From Eledone cirrhosa (Eukaryota), in contig OZ024741.1 in NCBI GenBank assembly GCA_964016885.1, forward strand, positions 186,620,001 through 186,684,000: 64,000 bases of DNA, read 5' to 3'. The position numbers and the translations under genes are program-made. This document shows, one piece after another, positions 29,165-44,078 of the stretch. The notes below the pieces were generated by a model, which searched no databases, was not told the DNA's origin, and was given only the letters and a program-made list of their open reading frames with translations. The number at the start of each line of letters is the position of its first letter. Positions within the stretch are counted from its first letter, which is position 1.

Positions 29165-30480
29165 CCAAATTACACCAGTTGGAACAACAACTCACAGCTA
29201 CAACAGAAAGACTAAAATATAAGTCAACAGCACATAAACGACAAGTGCTAAATAGATTGTTTGCCAGAGATCCTAAATCAGTTTATTGCAGCTTCGGTGA
29301 CAAAACCTCAATCTCTGTAAATGACACCCCTTCAAAATAATAGTTTGAAAGCTACTGGAGATATGTATGGGAAACGGATGACGGGTTTAACAGACAAACT
29401 AAATGGCTAAAAGAACTGCAACAGGACAACTGCCAAGGTGTCCAAACAAAACAATATGACATAGATGGGTCAATACTGGAAACAGCTCTACAGAAAATGT
29501 CGAATAGGAAATCACCAGGCCCAGACCCCATAACAGGATACTGGTTGAAGAATTTCACTTTCTATCGGCAAGATCTCATACGGCTGTTTACAGAAACCAT
29601 TAAAGACAAACAAGAACTGCCCAAATTATTATCAACTGCCACTACTCTCCTCATTCCTCAAAATAGCCAAACCACCCTTGCTAAAAATTACCGCCCAATA
29701 GCCTGCCAAAACATCATGTATAAATTATATACTGGGTGTCTTAACCTTTTCTTACAGGATCACATTTGATAGTGTACCTCATGGGTGGATAGTTAAGGCT
29801 TTACAGTTAGCCAAAGTCCCACAACCACTGGTAGCTACTGTTGAACGTCTGACCAAGAACTAGTACACCAATTTGACCAATTTGAGGTAAGAAATTCATC
29901 TGGCTACTACCTCTCCATAAGACACAATGGGATAGCTAGAACCATCTGGAACGCACTTCGGAAAACAAAATTAAAAATAAACGAGGAAGAATATATTGAG
30001 ACAGATGGCACTAAGGAATACTAGTGGAACCTGACAATAAAAACAGCTACCAAATTAAAGCACAACCGGCCTGATATTGTTGTTTGGGACCACACATTGA
30101 AAACGTGTTCCGTTGTGGAGATCAGCTGCCCACTTGATGTAAACGCTGTCAGAAAAATACAGGAGAAGGAGGACATCTACGGACCATTGATGAGGAGTTT
30201 ACTAATCCAGTATCCAAGATACACCTTTAGCTTCATACCCATCATTATTGGAGCTACGGGTTATATACCAACCCGCTTGGACCAATGTATAACTGAACTT
30301 GGATTTGCGGACAAAGAGCGCAGCTCCCTAATTCATAGTCTACAAATGGCTGCGATAGCTGGCACCTTCAATATTTGCAAAACATTCTTGCGATTCAAGG
30401 GATGACAATTTCTTTTCTCTTACAACCTTGCCACCAGGAAGGTGGCCGGTCAAAAATATACTCGAAATTAAGAAAAAGAG
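29165..30480 (+). mobile_element. internally deleted R4/Dong-like RLE non-LTR retrotransposon
   Basis: RT N-terminal motifs NRKSPGPDPITGYWLK and NYRPIAC, then RLE motifs HNRPDIVVWD and VVEISCP, with stops and deletions. Confidence 0.8.
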
Positions 30481-30659
30481 ATAAACATACATACACTCAC
30501 ATACATATGTATATATATATATGTATGTGTGTGTGTGTTTGATTGTTTGTTTGTGTGTGCATCTGTGTGTATGTTTATGCGTGTGTTTGGGTACTCACAT
30601 CAAACACATGCATACACGCAGACACATACATAGATACATACATACACTCACACACACAG

Positions 30660-30729
<70 letters not shown>

Positions 30730-30761
30730 AGAATATTTTCGAAATAGCGAGTGGGTTTGAA

Positions 30762-30842
30762 ATTATTATAAATGAAAGCTATCGCCGTATATTGACTAAA
30801 GAAATTTAGTCAAAATACGGCGATAGCTTACATTTATAATAA
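30762..30842. repeat. ~38-bp-arm inverted repeat (hairpin) upstream of the Penelope ORF
   Basis: TTATAAATGAAAGCTATCGCCGTATATTGACTAAA-GAAA-TTTAGTCAAAATACGGCGATAGCTTACATTTATAA. Confidence 0.85.
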
Positions 30843-30970
30843 TATATATATATATACACCTCCCAAGGGAATGATCGTAGCATATTCTAGATTTTTATGA
30901 GATTGGCACCTTCCAGCTCTTTTAAAGTCGAGCACTCTTCAGTCAATAGGATTTTAAACCAATACTGAAC

Positions 30971-32920
30971 ATGGATATATATCCTTTGGTTTACTCTATC
31001 AAGAATATCCCAACACCTTCTAACACTTCCTACACGAAAATGCTGATAGACAAAGTAGAGAAAGTTGTTAAAAGAATGAGATGGAAAGCTTCGATTCTCG
31101 ATGGAGCTTTAATACGGACTCTACGGAACATTTTGATATTTCAATATTCAAATTCTCTAAAAATAAGTTCATTTTCTCCGACAAAACTAAAAACCTATTT
31201 GAAGTTAATAATAAATTACATGACAGACTCTTAATAGATAACATCACCTCTAAATACCAAATAGCTAAGATAAACACGTATAATAATATTAATAAGAAAG
31301 CTAAAGAATTAGCTAGTGTTTTAAAAATAGACAATAGAGCAGAAAAACTTGCTAAATGTAATGCCTATATCACCCTCAAAGATCACAAACCTGATTTTAT
31401 TAATCGTTCTAGTTGTAGATTAATCAACCCTGCTAAGACTGATATCGGTCTTGCTAGCAAAAATATTTTAAATAATATAAAGACACAGATTAGAAGTAAG
31501 TCTGAATTACTCCAATGGATAAATAGCTCTTCCGCAGTACATTGGTTTAATAATATTAAAGATAAAAATAGTTCTAGATTCACCCAATTTGACATTGTAG
31601 ACTTCTACCCGTCTATTACTCACGCTCTTTTAGCGAAAGCCTTAAATTTCGCTAGAATGCTTATCAATATTTCTGTAATTGAAGAGAATGTCATCTTGTA
31701 TGCTAGAAACACTCTACTTTTTACTAATAATGAAACTTGGGTAAAAATATCTAACCCAGAGAACCCATTCGATGTCTCAATGGGTTCTTTTGACAGTGCT
31801 AATGTTTGTGATTTAGTTGGCCTATTCCTCCTACACATACTTTAAGAGAAATTCCCTAACCATATTTTGGGGCTTTACCGCGACGATGGTCTAATACTTT
31901 CCCATACCACCATAGGCCATAACTTAGATAGATTAAGGAAAGACTTAATAAAAACCTTCGCTTGTTTTAATCTTAAAATTACTATTGACACTAACCTTTC
32001 CAATGTTAATTTTCTAGATATAAACCTAGATCTGCCTACTGCTGCTTATAAACCGTACCATAAACCTAATGAAAATTTAAAATATATAAATAAAGGCTCT
32101 TGCCATCCTCCTATAGTTTTTTAAAAACCTTATCCCTAATATTAGCCGTAGGATCTCCACCGTCTCTTCCTCAGAAGCTATTTTCAATAAGGCATCCTCC
32201 TACTATAATAAAGCCCTTCAAAATAGCGGATTTAGCGAACCGATTAAGTACATACCCAACATTACTAACTCCTTTAAACAATAATAATAATAATAGGAAA
32301 AGAAAAATAATCTGGTTCACTCTTTAGCAGTTAAAACTAATGTAGGCAAAAAATTCCTAGAGCTCTTAGATAAACATTTCCCAGAACACATAGATACTAT
32401 AAGATCTTCAATAGCAACTATGTCAAAGTTAGCTACTCCTGCGGTCCCCCTATTAAATCTTATATCATCAATAAGAAAACACCCAGAGAACATCAAAATT
32501 GCTCCTGTAGAGTCAAACGTGAATGCCCATTACAAGGCAAATGCAACACCAAAGCCATTGTATAAGCGGCTAAAGTGACAACCATCAGCAACAACCTACC
32601 AGCCACCAGCGAACGATATGTGGGTATGACACAAGACAAATTCAAAACGCGTTATTACTCACATGTCGCATCTTTCCGACATCCAGAAAAAAGATTTACA
32701 ACAGCTCTGGCTAGCAGAATATGGGATTTCAAAGATCAAGGTATCCAATATAAATTGGATTGGTCAATTTTGAACCAATCTAAAGAATATGCAAGAGGAA
32801 GAAGAAGATGCACACTCTGCATAAGCGAAAAATATTGGATTTTACGGAACCTTAAATCACCTGCCTAAACGCAAAATCAGAAATTTTCACCAGTTGCCCA
32901 CATATGAAATAACACTTGCT
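30971..32920 (+). pseudogene. Penelope-like element (probably Naiad clade) RT + GIY-YIG endonuclease, frameshifted
   Basis: N-terminal YSIKNIP...KRMRWKA; RT motifs ITLKDHKPDF, RLINPAK, QFDIVDFYPSI, MGS and GLYRDDGL; CSC..CPL.G.C linker; GIY-YIG part YVGMT...FKTRY..H and CTLCISEK. Confidence 0.88.
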
Positions 32921-33487
32921 TTCCAGCTCATATAAACTTAACTCACTTTCAGATACTTATCCTCCATAAACTCTTGTTCTTTACTTTCCTTAAATTATCC
33001 TCTTTACAGACTTCTCTTTCTGATTTACTTTCATTTTTAACTTTATTTTTAATTTTATTTTTATTTTTACTTCACATCCACCAGTGAACCCTCCCCCCCC
33101 CCCTACTTTTTGATTCACTTACCTAATATCTTCACATTCCACATTTTACTTCCCCATTTTCTTTCACTACCTGATACCTCTTGTCACTTGCGTTTTCAAC
33201 TCCAGATATACTCTGTTGTTTCGCAGCCGCTTTTATATTTGTACTAATTTATTCATACGGCTGGTTTCTAATTTTTATCTCTGCGTGTGAGTGTGCATAT
33301 GTGTGTATACGTTCTGTATATGTATACGAACGCCTCCGTATGTGTGCGTGCGTGCGTATATATATATATGTGGGTGTATGTATATCTATGTTTTTTACAT
33401 ATTAATTTATACTTGTGTGTGTATGTGGGTGAATGTATGTGTATATGTATGTATATATATTTATATGTATATGTATGTATGGGTGTG

Positions 33488-33542
<55 letters not shown>

Positions 33543-34250
33543 GTGTACGTACGTACGATTAGATATACATGTGGCGATATATATATATATATGTGCCTAG
33601 TGTGTATGTATACACGCATGCATGCGCTTTTGTCTGTACGTATTTATATGTATATATATTTATATATATATGTATGTGTGTGTACGTGCGTACCTATTTA
33701 TGTTTTCTTTTTTCTAGTGTTAATTGATAACCCCTCCCTCTTACTTTCTCTTTGATTTAAAAAAAATTTTCATTCTCTTATATTGTTTCATTTTTAATAC
33801 ATATATCGAGAATAACACTTCTTTTTACTATTACACTCCCTTCCCTCTTTATCTTCCGCATATAAGTGATCGCGCGCGCGTGTGTGTGTTTATACGCGTG
33901 CTTTCATACTCGTATGTGTATTTAATACCTGTATCTGGATGTATGTTGACTATATTATCTTACAATTTCTATTTCAACTCATATTATATACGTATTTGTG
34001 GTCACACATACACAAATATACTTGCCCTCATATATGTACTTACGTACACATTTTCACTATACACATGCATTTGTACATACACACATATGTACATTTGTGA
34101 GTGAATATACATACATATACACATACCCTAACTATATTTCCTTATTTTTTTATATATCTCTTGCATTACTTTTATTTATATATTTTTTTTTGCCCGTTAA
34201 ACTCTTGCATTTCTTGAGGAGATTTTTCAAATATTTCACTGTTTTAAATT

Positions 34251-34319
34251 GCCTTGTCCGATGAACGAATGAGGACGTTTTTCGTATCCGTCTTATTCGG
34301 GAAACCCTGGTAATGAGGT
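34251..34319 (+). ncRNA. degenerate type I hammerhead ribozyme (Penelope pLTR-type)
   Basis: Stem I GCCTTGT/ATGAGGT (with G-U pairs); core CCGATGA (U4>C); long stem II CGAATGAGGACG/CGTCTTATTCG; GAAAC-CCTG-GTA. Confidence 0.6.
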
Positions 34320-34633
34320 AATTATATTGTATTGTTTATTTTACATTATATATATATATAGATATATATATATATTTATATCATATTATATTTGGAGTCA
34401 TTTACAATTAATTAGCTCAAAGAAAGAAGCATTTCTGAGCCGTGAAATACAAGTTAATATAAATTAATTTGTCCAGGAATCACGGCTTTTGCCAATATGA
34501 GCTTGTTTTTATCGATTTATATCGAGACGGACAAACTATATTTATTTTAATTAGTTTATTTCATTCTAGCTAACTTAGTCTTTTGCAATGCAAACACTTA
34601 CGTGTTTATCATATATTAATTTATATTAACTTG

Positions 34634-34664
<31 letters not shown>

Positions 34665-34944
34665 CCATGTATGCGTCTGCGTGTATGCATGTGTTTGATG
34701 TGAGTACACAAACACACACACATAAACATACATATATATATATATGTATATTTATATATATATATGTGTGTGTGTGTCTTTATGTGTGTGTGTTTACGTG
34801 TGTGCAAGTGTGTCTATGTTTATGTGTCTGAGTGTATGTGTAATCACATCAAACACATACCTAAATGTATATGCACTACTTATCTCAACTAAAACCAAGT
34901 AGCACTAATAATAATATTAACAACAATAGTACACATACTAATAC

Positions 34945-34975
<31 letters not shown>

Positions 34976-35300
34976 AAGAAGAAGAAGAAGAAGAAGAAGA
35001 AGAAGAAGAAGAAGAAATACACACATCTATAAGGAACTGGGCGTGTATCTTGACACCTCGGCTTTATTTCTAAAAAAGGAAAAAAGGTACATTGTTCAAA
35101 GATCCTCGTTGACACGGCATCTGACATGTTAGCCTCTGGTATTGACCATTCTAGACAAAAGATTACTGCCTGCAATTGACAGCTTTTCAAAGATTTGAGA
35201 TGAAAAACCATCTCAGTAAAATTTACACTCCTCCCAAACACACACATGCGCTTAGAATCAAAATGGCATCTACTTTTACGAAAACTAAAAACCACCATTA

Positions 35301-35347
<47 letters not shown>

Positions 35348-35364
35348 GTTGTTGTTGTTGTTGC

Positions 35365-35401
<37 letters not shown>

Positions 35402-35534
35402 CAATTTGCCATCGTATATTTCGTTGTAAATTATTTCATATTCTGTACGTATTTTCTTGTTAATGTGGAATTTATTTGTATTCTATATAAATACTTATTA
35501 GTTTGCGTATATATGTATACACACACAGAGGCAC

Positions 35535-35565
<31 letters not shown>

Positions 35566-35786
35566 TGTATGTATGTATGTATGTATGTATGTATGTATGT
35601 ATATATGAGTCAGTTGATAATTCAGATTGCTGATATATATAATAGCACATCACGTGCGCTTATTCAAACAATGTTACTCTTTTTTTCGTCTATAAACAAA
35701 ATCTAAGGCCATCCAAAAATGTGTAAATATGTATATACATATGTACATATGTATATATATATATAAATATGTATATATATATGTAC

Positions 35787-36249
<463 letters not shown>

Positions 36250-36659
36250 GTATATATATATATGTATGTATATACATGTATGCATATACGCGCGGACATA
36301 GAAATAATCGAGCTGGATACCCGATCGCGTGGTTAAACCACTGGGAGTGAAGGACCCCTACCCTTTGTCAGGGTATTCTTCTAGGAGAAGGCAACTCAGG
36401 AAACTGGCCATACTCAATAACGAGGGGGCACCCATCATGTATGTATGCATGTATGTGCGTATGTATGTATGCATGTATGCATGTATGTATTATGTATGTA
36501 TTCCTGGGCTAAAAATCTACATTCGATCGCAGCACCGTTAATTATTATTGTGTGTATGTGTGTATGTATGTGTATATGTATATATAAATATGTATATGTG
36601 TATGTATGTATATGTATGTGTGTGTGTGTATATATATATATGTATATATATATATATAA

Positions 36660-36706
<47 letters not shown>

Positions 36707-36707
36707 T

Positions 36708-39700
36708 AATGCCATGGTTGACGGAGGCTCGGCTCTGTAAGGTATAGTAAATTTTAACAGCTATAACAATTGTAAATTGTTTAAAACTTGAACCAAATTG
36801 TAGATACAAACACCCTCCTCCTCGTGAGAGGGGTCTTTCTGCCCGTTATTTGGCTCTTCGGGGTTAAATAACCGCTTACTGGGGTTTTGTGCCAATATTC
36901 ATTTTAAACCGTAAAAAAAACATGGCTACAAAAAATTATTTTCACAAGTCAATCCCACTCTTTCCGCCTTCTTCTTCCTCAATCGTCACTACATCAGAGA
37001 GAAGATTGTCTCTCTCAGTCCCATCTCTAAATGTGGTGTCGCCTCTTTCGCAAGCGACGCCATTAAAGAAAAAGAAAAATATAGTTTCTGGTAGCTTTCA
37101 CCAAGAGAGCGTGCATTCCGTGGAACATTTCTCCACGACGACGACAACGACGAAAAATGTGTGCGGTAAAGACGGAAAGCCATTTTATTCGTCTGACGTC
37201 ATGGAGAATAGCAGCAGCAGCCGTAATAACAGCAGCATCAACAACAGTGACAAGGAAAACAGTAGTAGCAGCCGCAACAACAGCAACAGCAGCAACAACA
37301 ACAACCACAGCAACAGCGGCGGCGGCGGTCGTAGTATCAGCAGCAACAACAAAAGTAACAGCACCTCTGACGACAACAACAACAACAAGAAAGAAAAACC
37401 AATCTCGTTTGCAGGTATCGCAAAGAACCTGGAAACCATCCTTATAACAAATGAGGAATTGCAGGAAGCAAAGAAGATGGCGACGAAAATCGGACACCGA
37501 TCAATCTGCAAGGCAGCGGAAAAATGTTTCGAAACCCAACAGCACTGTACAGTCACGTACGGTCACGTACGGTCACGTAGGGTTAAAAGAGCCAGAGAGG
37601 CTCAAATATAAAAAGCCTTAGGGTCTGTGTTGTGGCAGCGGAAAACGCATATCACCCGAGGCAAGAAATATGCCACCGTGGACGGGCTTTTTGCCACACC
37701 CCAGGAGGCAAAGGCTCAATCCTTAGTGACCCTAAGGAGCGAGGAAATGGTGTTGGTGCCCTCCTACTGCGGGCAAAAAATTGTGAGGGTCAAACTGCCC
37801 CCCCCCCCTCCCCCGGGATGGCCACTTCTTGGCTGGCCGCGTCTGTCCTCGTCAGAATTGAGGACAAAACAACTGTACTGCAAGTACAGAAAAAAGTACG
37901 AGAAGATTGGGACGGCACCTCCATTGAGATATTAATTCAAACCAACCAGGAGTGCATCGAAGCTATCCCGGATGTGATAGACTTCGATAACGGCACTCAA
38001 CTGCCCATAAGTGTTGAGGGCAAACGCCCGAAATGCTTTCGCTGTGGGTCGAAGTCTCACCTCAGGGCCTTCTGCAATAAGAAGACCCTGAGAAAGGAGA
38101 AACCCCCCCCCCCTACTTCCGAAACCGGCTCCACTGCTACCAGCAACAGGACAGTCGGCAAGCAGGAAGGATAGGTCCGTGGCACCCATACCCACACAAC
38201 GGAAATTAAGAACAGCAGCAGCAGTGAAAGTATTAACAACAACAACAGTAACACCAAATGCAGCTGCAACAGAGATCCACTGCAACGATCACCAACAAGA
38301 ACAAGTGAAAGAGTGGAGCTGGTAGCCCTCCCCGGCCTCACAGAATCGGACATGGAGTGTGAGGTGGGAGAGGGATGGCAAAAGGTCGCAAGAAGGCACA
38401 AACGCAGAACGTCGCCTTCGAAAATGTAGGGAAGAAATGAAAAAAGGGTATAGGCTACTGCAAAGAGACTTACAGCAGCAACACCATCAACACCATCACC
38501 ACCCACACTAGCACCACCATCACCACCGGCGGCAACGCCACCGCCAACAACAACAACACCTTCAACACCACCATCGCAAGCACCAACATCGCAAACACAA
38601 TAACAAAACACACACACCCAGCAACAACGACAAGAACATAGCAGAACCACACCCCACCCCCAGAAAAAGAAATGCACAGCAATACATACACACAGCAAGA
38701 AACTAATGACTTACATAATTGAACACACAGACATTTCACAGCACGACTACATAATACCAGCACCAATCAAAACACCAACGAACATAAGACTGTTAAGAAT
38801 AGCACAGAAACAATACACAAACATTAAAATGAAATTCCCCAACGCAGTTGGTGATTTCAGAGACCTAGGAGGGACATTCGGAGAGTATATTCGGATATAC
38901 TCACAGAAGAGCCGACGACCAGCCGAAGGGACGCGTCAACGGCCCTTCACCAGACGATCAAGTGAAAAGGGATGGAGAAACCATTCTTCCCCTACGTGAA
39001 GTAAGGTAAGTGGTCTTTCCCATCTGTTCTACTCCATTTCAACATGACCTCACTCAGAATAGGCAGCATAATGCTCGTGGCTTGCGGTCGTCATGGAAGC
39101 AGGGCCACCTGCTCAACGACCTCAGGTCACTAAACATAGGTGTAGTGGCCATCAGCGAAACCAGAATCTCCGAAGCACGGCCCTTCGCACCGATCTTCAA
39201 CGGGTACGATGTGTACGCATCTCCCAGCCGTACTGGATCGGGGGGAGGAGTTGCTGTGCTTTTTCGGAGAGGTTTGAATCTCGCCATACGGGCCATCTTC
39301 CTGGACCCAGAAGGTAAGTTGGTGGTGCTGGACGTGACCAGCGAAGACGAGCAAGCTTTCAGGCTAGTGGCCGTCTATTCCCCGTCAGGAGCAGGGCGGC
39401 CTGAATTCTTCCGGCGTATGGAGACCTTTCTAGGAACGTCCCGCTCTTTAGTGTTAGTGGGCGACTGGAACGGGATTTTAAATGCACGCTGGGACTGTGT
39501 GGGATTTGCGGATAGGGGTGGAGGGTGCAAGAGCCTCACCAACCTGCTCAGGCGTTTTGAACTGTCTGACAGGTACCGATTGCATTTCCCGAATGTGCCA
39601 ATGTGGACTTGGACAAACCGCATAGGGTCATCCAGATCATATCTAGATAGAGTAATTTGTAGGGAAATAGATAGGTCTATCTTAGGCTGTCCACAATTCA

Positions 39701-42661
39701 AGATAGTCAGCTACACGGACCACAAATTCGTGATCTGTGTGCTTGACTTAGATAGGCTTCATAGACGAGGACCCGACTACTGGAAGCTAAACGCCTCCTA
39801 ACCGGCGCGCAAGGCCTACAGAGACCGGATTAGCGAACTAGTTAAGCGAGCGTTGACGGGGGCCATCGTCAACAACAAGTGGTGGTTTGCTCTGAAAAGA
39901 GCGATTAGAATAGAGTCCATTAGGTTTAGTAAGGCTTTAGCTATAGAGAAAAATAGAGCAGAGTGCGAACTAGTTAGAAAATTAGACGAGGCGCTTAGCA
40001 GAGGCATCGTGAACGACGTACTTGCGTCGAAATTGGTCCTTGACCAATTCTTCAATGCGAAGCACGAAGGCTGCGTTGTCAGAGCTAGGGTGCGTGCTCT
40101 CAGACACGAGGGGACGAAAGCCGTTCAATGGGCTCGAGTGGCGGAGGCGCGTCGTGGCAACAAATCCTCGATCCGGTCTTTGGTGGACAACGACGGGCGC
40201 ATGCTACTCGATCCCGGGCAAATGTGTGAAGCTTTTCAGCGACACTTCGCTCAGCTGTTCGGGGGCAGCGGCGGGCCGGATCGAGGGATGGACTTTAGTG
40301 TCTACCTCAACGGACTGCCGCGGCTCTCGGCCACTGAGGCGGAGTGTTGCGAAAAGCCGATAACAGCCGCTGCAGTACGGGAAGCAATGACTGGCTGCAC
40401 AAGGGGTAAATCGCCTGGTTTGGATGGTCTGCCCTATGAACTTTACGTACAGATGCCAGACTTGTTCGGAGGCCTCTTGCGGACGTCTACTGCAACTGGC
40501 AACAGAACGGGGGAATTCCCAGCTCTGTGAGCCGAGGAGCGGTGGCGCAGCTGAGAAAGGATCCGAACAAGGGGGATAACATAGATAATTTCAGGCCGAT
40601 AACTCTGCTAAACACAGAGTTCAAGATTTTGACCAAGGTGCTAGCGAAAAGGTTGGCGCTTGTCGTTGGTGATCTGGTGGGAGAGGCGCAGACATGCGCC
40701 ATTCCAGACATATCCATCCACGACAACCTCCACCTCATACGATACATCGTAGAGAGGGTAGCTAGGGAACATGGCATGGGTGGGTCCTTAATCAATTTAG
40801 ATCAGTTGAAAGCTTTCGATAGGGTCGACCATCGTTACCTAGCGGTAGTCCTAAGGGCGGCTGGCTTTGGGCCCGTCTTCAGAAGCTCGATCGCTGCCAT
40901 GCACAGCGACATCTGCTCTGTGGTGAGAGTGATCTGTTCAACATCATGAGCTCGGACCGCCAAGGATGTCCCCTCTCGTCCCTCTTGTACGTATTGACTC
41001 TGGAGCCATTACTTCACAAACTGGAGACGTTGAGGGGGGTCCCGCGCGAACTAGGAAGCGGAAGATCCGTGTCAGCATATGCGGACGATGTCACCGTAGT
41101 GGTGTCGAACGCCAAACACATCGAGGCGATCGGCACTACACTAAGAGAATACGAAGCGGTGACAGGAGCAATGATCAACCAGGAAAAGTCAGTAGGCCTG
41201 CAGCTCGGCACCTGGAGAGGCGCTGGACGGACGGACCGGGTAAATTGTTAGGGATCTGGTTCGGTCCGGACCTCTAGACGGACAAAAACTGGGACGAGGT
41301 GACGAGCAGGGTGGTTTCTCTCACCCAGAAATGGGCGGAGAGGAAGCTATCCCTGAAAGGTCGTGCGGAGATGGCTAACGCGTACATCGCGTCCGTCATC
41401 TACTACCGCCTGACCGTCGTACCTTGTCCTAAGCCCCGCCTGACTGCGCTGGAGCGTTTGCGCTTTCGCTTTTTGGGGAAGGGACGCCCTCCGATGGTCA
41501 GACGATCCATCTGCTGTCAACACCCGCTACGTGGAGGGCTGGGCAAGCCGTGGCTCATGATGCGCAGACACGCGCTCAGGCTACGACATCTCCACCTCTT
41601 TCTCGACGGTGATCAGGTGTGGTCGCCGTTGCTAGACACGTTTTTCCCCAGCTCGTCTCCTTGACGGAGCTGCAGTCCTGGGTCAAGTGAAGACCGGGAG
41701 GGAGCGCTTGGAGACAGGAATGTCTTCAGACGCTCACATCCCTCGACCAATCGGGCAATGTGATCGGTGGAAACTCCACCTCGGCGTTCTATAGAGGATT
41801 AGTGGAGGGGGAGGGCGACGACTTACTTGGGGAAAATCTAGGCGTCGACGAAAATCAACTAGCCAATCTCTTCGGAAGAACTTTCGGGCCGGGGCTTATG
41901 GACAACTTCCAGAAAGCCCTGGCCTGGCAGTGCTACCGAGGAGCTTTGCCAGTTTGGGATAAACTCTACAGGCATGGAGGTGCCGTCAGCCGGGCATGTC
42001 CGAGATGCGCGCAGAGCGACGAAACCGTCCTGCACGCACTCGTCCAGTGTCCGAGCATTGCCGACTTGTGGGCTTATGTCGAACCCCTGCTGTCACGTGT
42101 AGGACGGATCCAGCTATCAGCTGAGTCCATCGTGAGGATTGCCCCGCCCTCTTCCTTTAGCCGGGAAGGGCAGGCAGTTTTTATCTGTCTGGTGGCCATG
42201 GCGAAAGAGATAGTATGGTGGACACGTTTGAAAGGGCTGAAGACGAGCACTTACCTCTTCGGTGGTGCCATGATTAACTTTTTCAAATTTCATTTGTAAA
42301 GGAAAATCAGGGTAGAGAGGGGAGCGCTCTCTTCCCAGCATTTTGTTGAAAGATGGGTGAGAGAAGTAAGTATGGCCCGAGTGAATGGGCCTACTCTGAG
42401 TATGTGTCTGTAAATTAAAGGTGGAAAATTGGGAGAGGGCACTTGCCCTGGTGGTCAGCGTCACTGTGGCCTTTTTAATGGGCTTTCTCCACAAATGTCC
42501 CTCGGAAGTCTCACCCCTATTGGGGAATTTTTCATTGTTTTTTTTTATTATATCCTCTGCTTTCTTTTACACGCAGAAATGCCCACTTGTACCGTCCTGT
42601 ATTGTCCTGTACTGTCCTTAATGTCTACTTTATGTAAACCCTTGTGTTTAATAAAGAAAGC
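36708..42661 (+). mobile_element. full-length but inactivated L1/Tx1 LINE (family B, copy 1)
   Basis: Colinear with 44109-50132, with the same 5' end (AATGCCATGGTTGACGGAGGCTCGG). ORF1 and ORF2 are broken by stops and frameshifts. AATAAA at 42650 and (ATT)n on both sides. Confidence 0.95.
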
Positions 42662-42684
42662 ATTATTATTATTATTATTATTAT

Positions 42685-44078
42685 TGTTCTTTGAGTCTCA
42701 GTCATTGATGTTAGTTAACTGGAAAGTTTGTTGAAATGAATATCAAGCCACTACCTGCAGCCTCAGATATTCAGGACGTATCGGAGGGTTCTTGCTGTTC
42801 TCAGCAAGCATGCCTTTTGAAGCTTTCCAAAAAGCGTGGCGGGGCCAATTTTCTTTAACCATTTCTGGAAACTTTTTGAGATAGTACCTAGTGCGCCTAT
42901 GACAATCGGGACCACTTTGACTTCATGGCAGTTCCAAATCCTTTTTACCTCACATTTTAAGGCCTGGTATCGGTTAATTTTCTCCCTCTCCTTCTCTTGC
43001 ACTCTCGTGTCGAATGGACAGGCCACATCCACAATCAGGCACGATCTTTTTTCCTTGTCCAAAACCACCAGGTAAGGTCTATTGTGTTCCTGTTTCTTGT
43101 CCGTCTGTATCCTAAAATCCCACAGCAACTTCACCTGATCGTTTTCTATCACCGACTCTGGCTTATGCTCATACCACTTCTCAGAATGTGGTAAATTGTT
43201 TACTTTGCATAGGTGCCAGTGGATCACCCTGCCCATCACATCATGTCTCCAGCCCTTATAGTGAGTCTGGGCTAGGTGTTTACACTCGGATACAATGTGA
43301 GCCACAGTCTCCTCTCTCTCTCCACAGATCCTGCACAGTGGGCTAGCCTCCTCCTTGTAAATATGGTGTTTCAACCACTTCGTTTTGAGGGCATGCACTT
43401 GCGCAGCCATTAGCATTCTTTCTGTAGCCTTTTTAAGGTCTCCTCTTTTCAACCAGTTCCATGTCTGTGGATCTCTGAATTCAGTTTTCTCAAAGAAGGT
43501 ACTATGAAGGGATTTTTCATGAAGGCTGCACTTTGTCCTTGTTGTTATTTCCTCCTTGGATATCCCCTGGTCTATTGTCCTCTCCTTCAGTACAATTCTG
43601 AGCATTGGCTCCTTACTATCAGTCACGTATTTGTGCAGGTTGTTTTTCTCCATCTGAACACAGTCCTCTATGCTGATAAAACCTCTTCCACCTTCAGATC
43701 TCCTTAAGTAGAATCTATCGACATCACTCCTCTTGTGGAACATGTTGTAGATAGTCAATAGCTTCCTAGTCTTCCTATCCATTTGTTTTTGTTCAGCAAC
43801 TTTCCATCTCAGAATTCCCGCATTGTACCTAATAATAGACACAGCTCGGGAATTTACTGCACTTATAGCATTCCTACTGTTTAGATGTGACTTTAATACG
43901 CTCCTTACTCTCCGAATATATTCAGATCTTATCAATTCCTTCATTCTTTTGTTCTTGATGTCATCAGCCTCCAGAACACCCAAATACTTGTATCCTTCTT
44001 CAGAGTCAATTTCCTTTATCATCTCACCTGTTGGTACCTGGATTCCGTTGCTTCTGCTCAATTTACCTCTCTTCATCA
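42685..44078 (-). mobile_element. 5'-truncated R4/Dong-like RLE non-LTR retrotransposon
   Basis: 438-aa open frame with RT C-terminus (YKYLGV), CCHC motif (CRICGEREETVAHIVSEC), RHD and RLE (HNRP.LVV...IVDVACPFD...KY..L). Flanked by (TAA)n on both sides. Confidence 0.9.
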
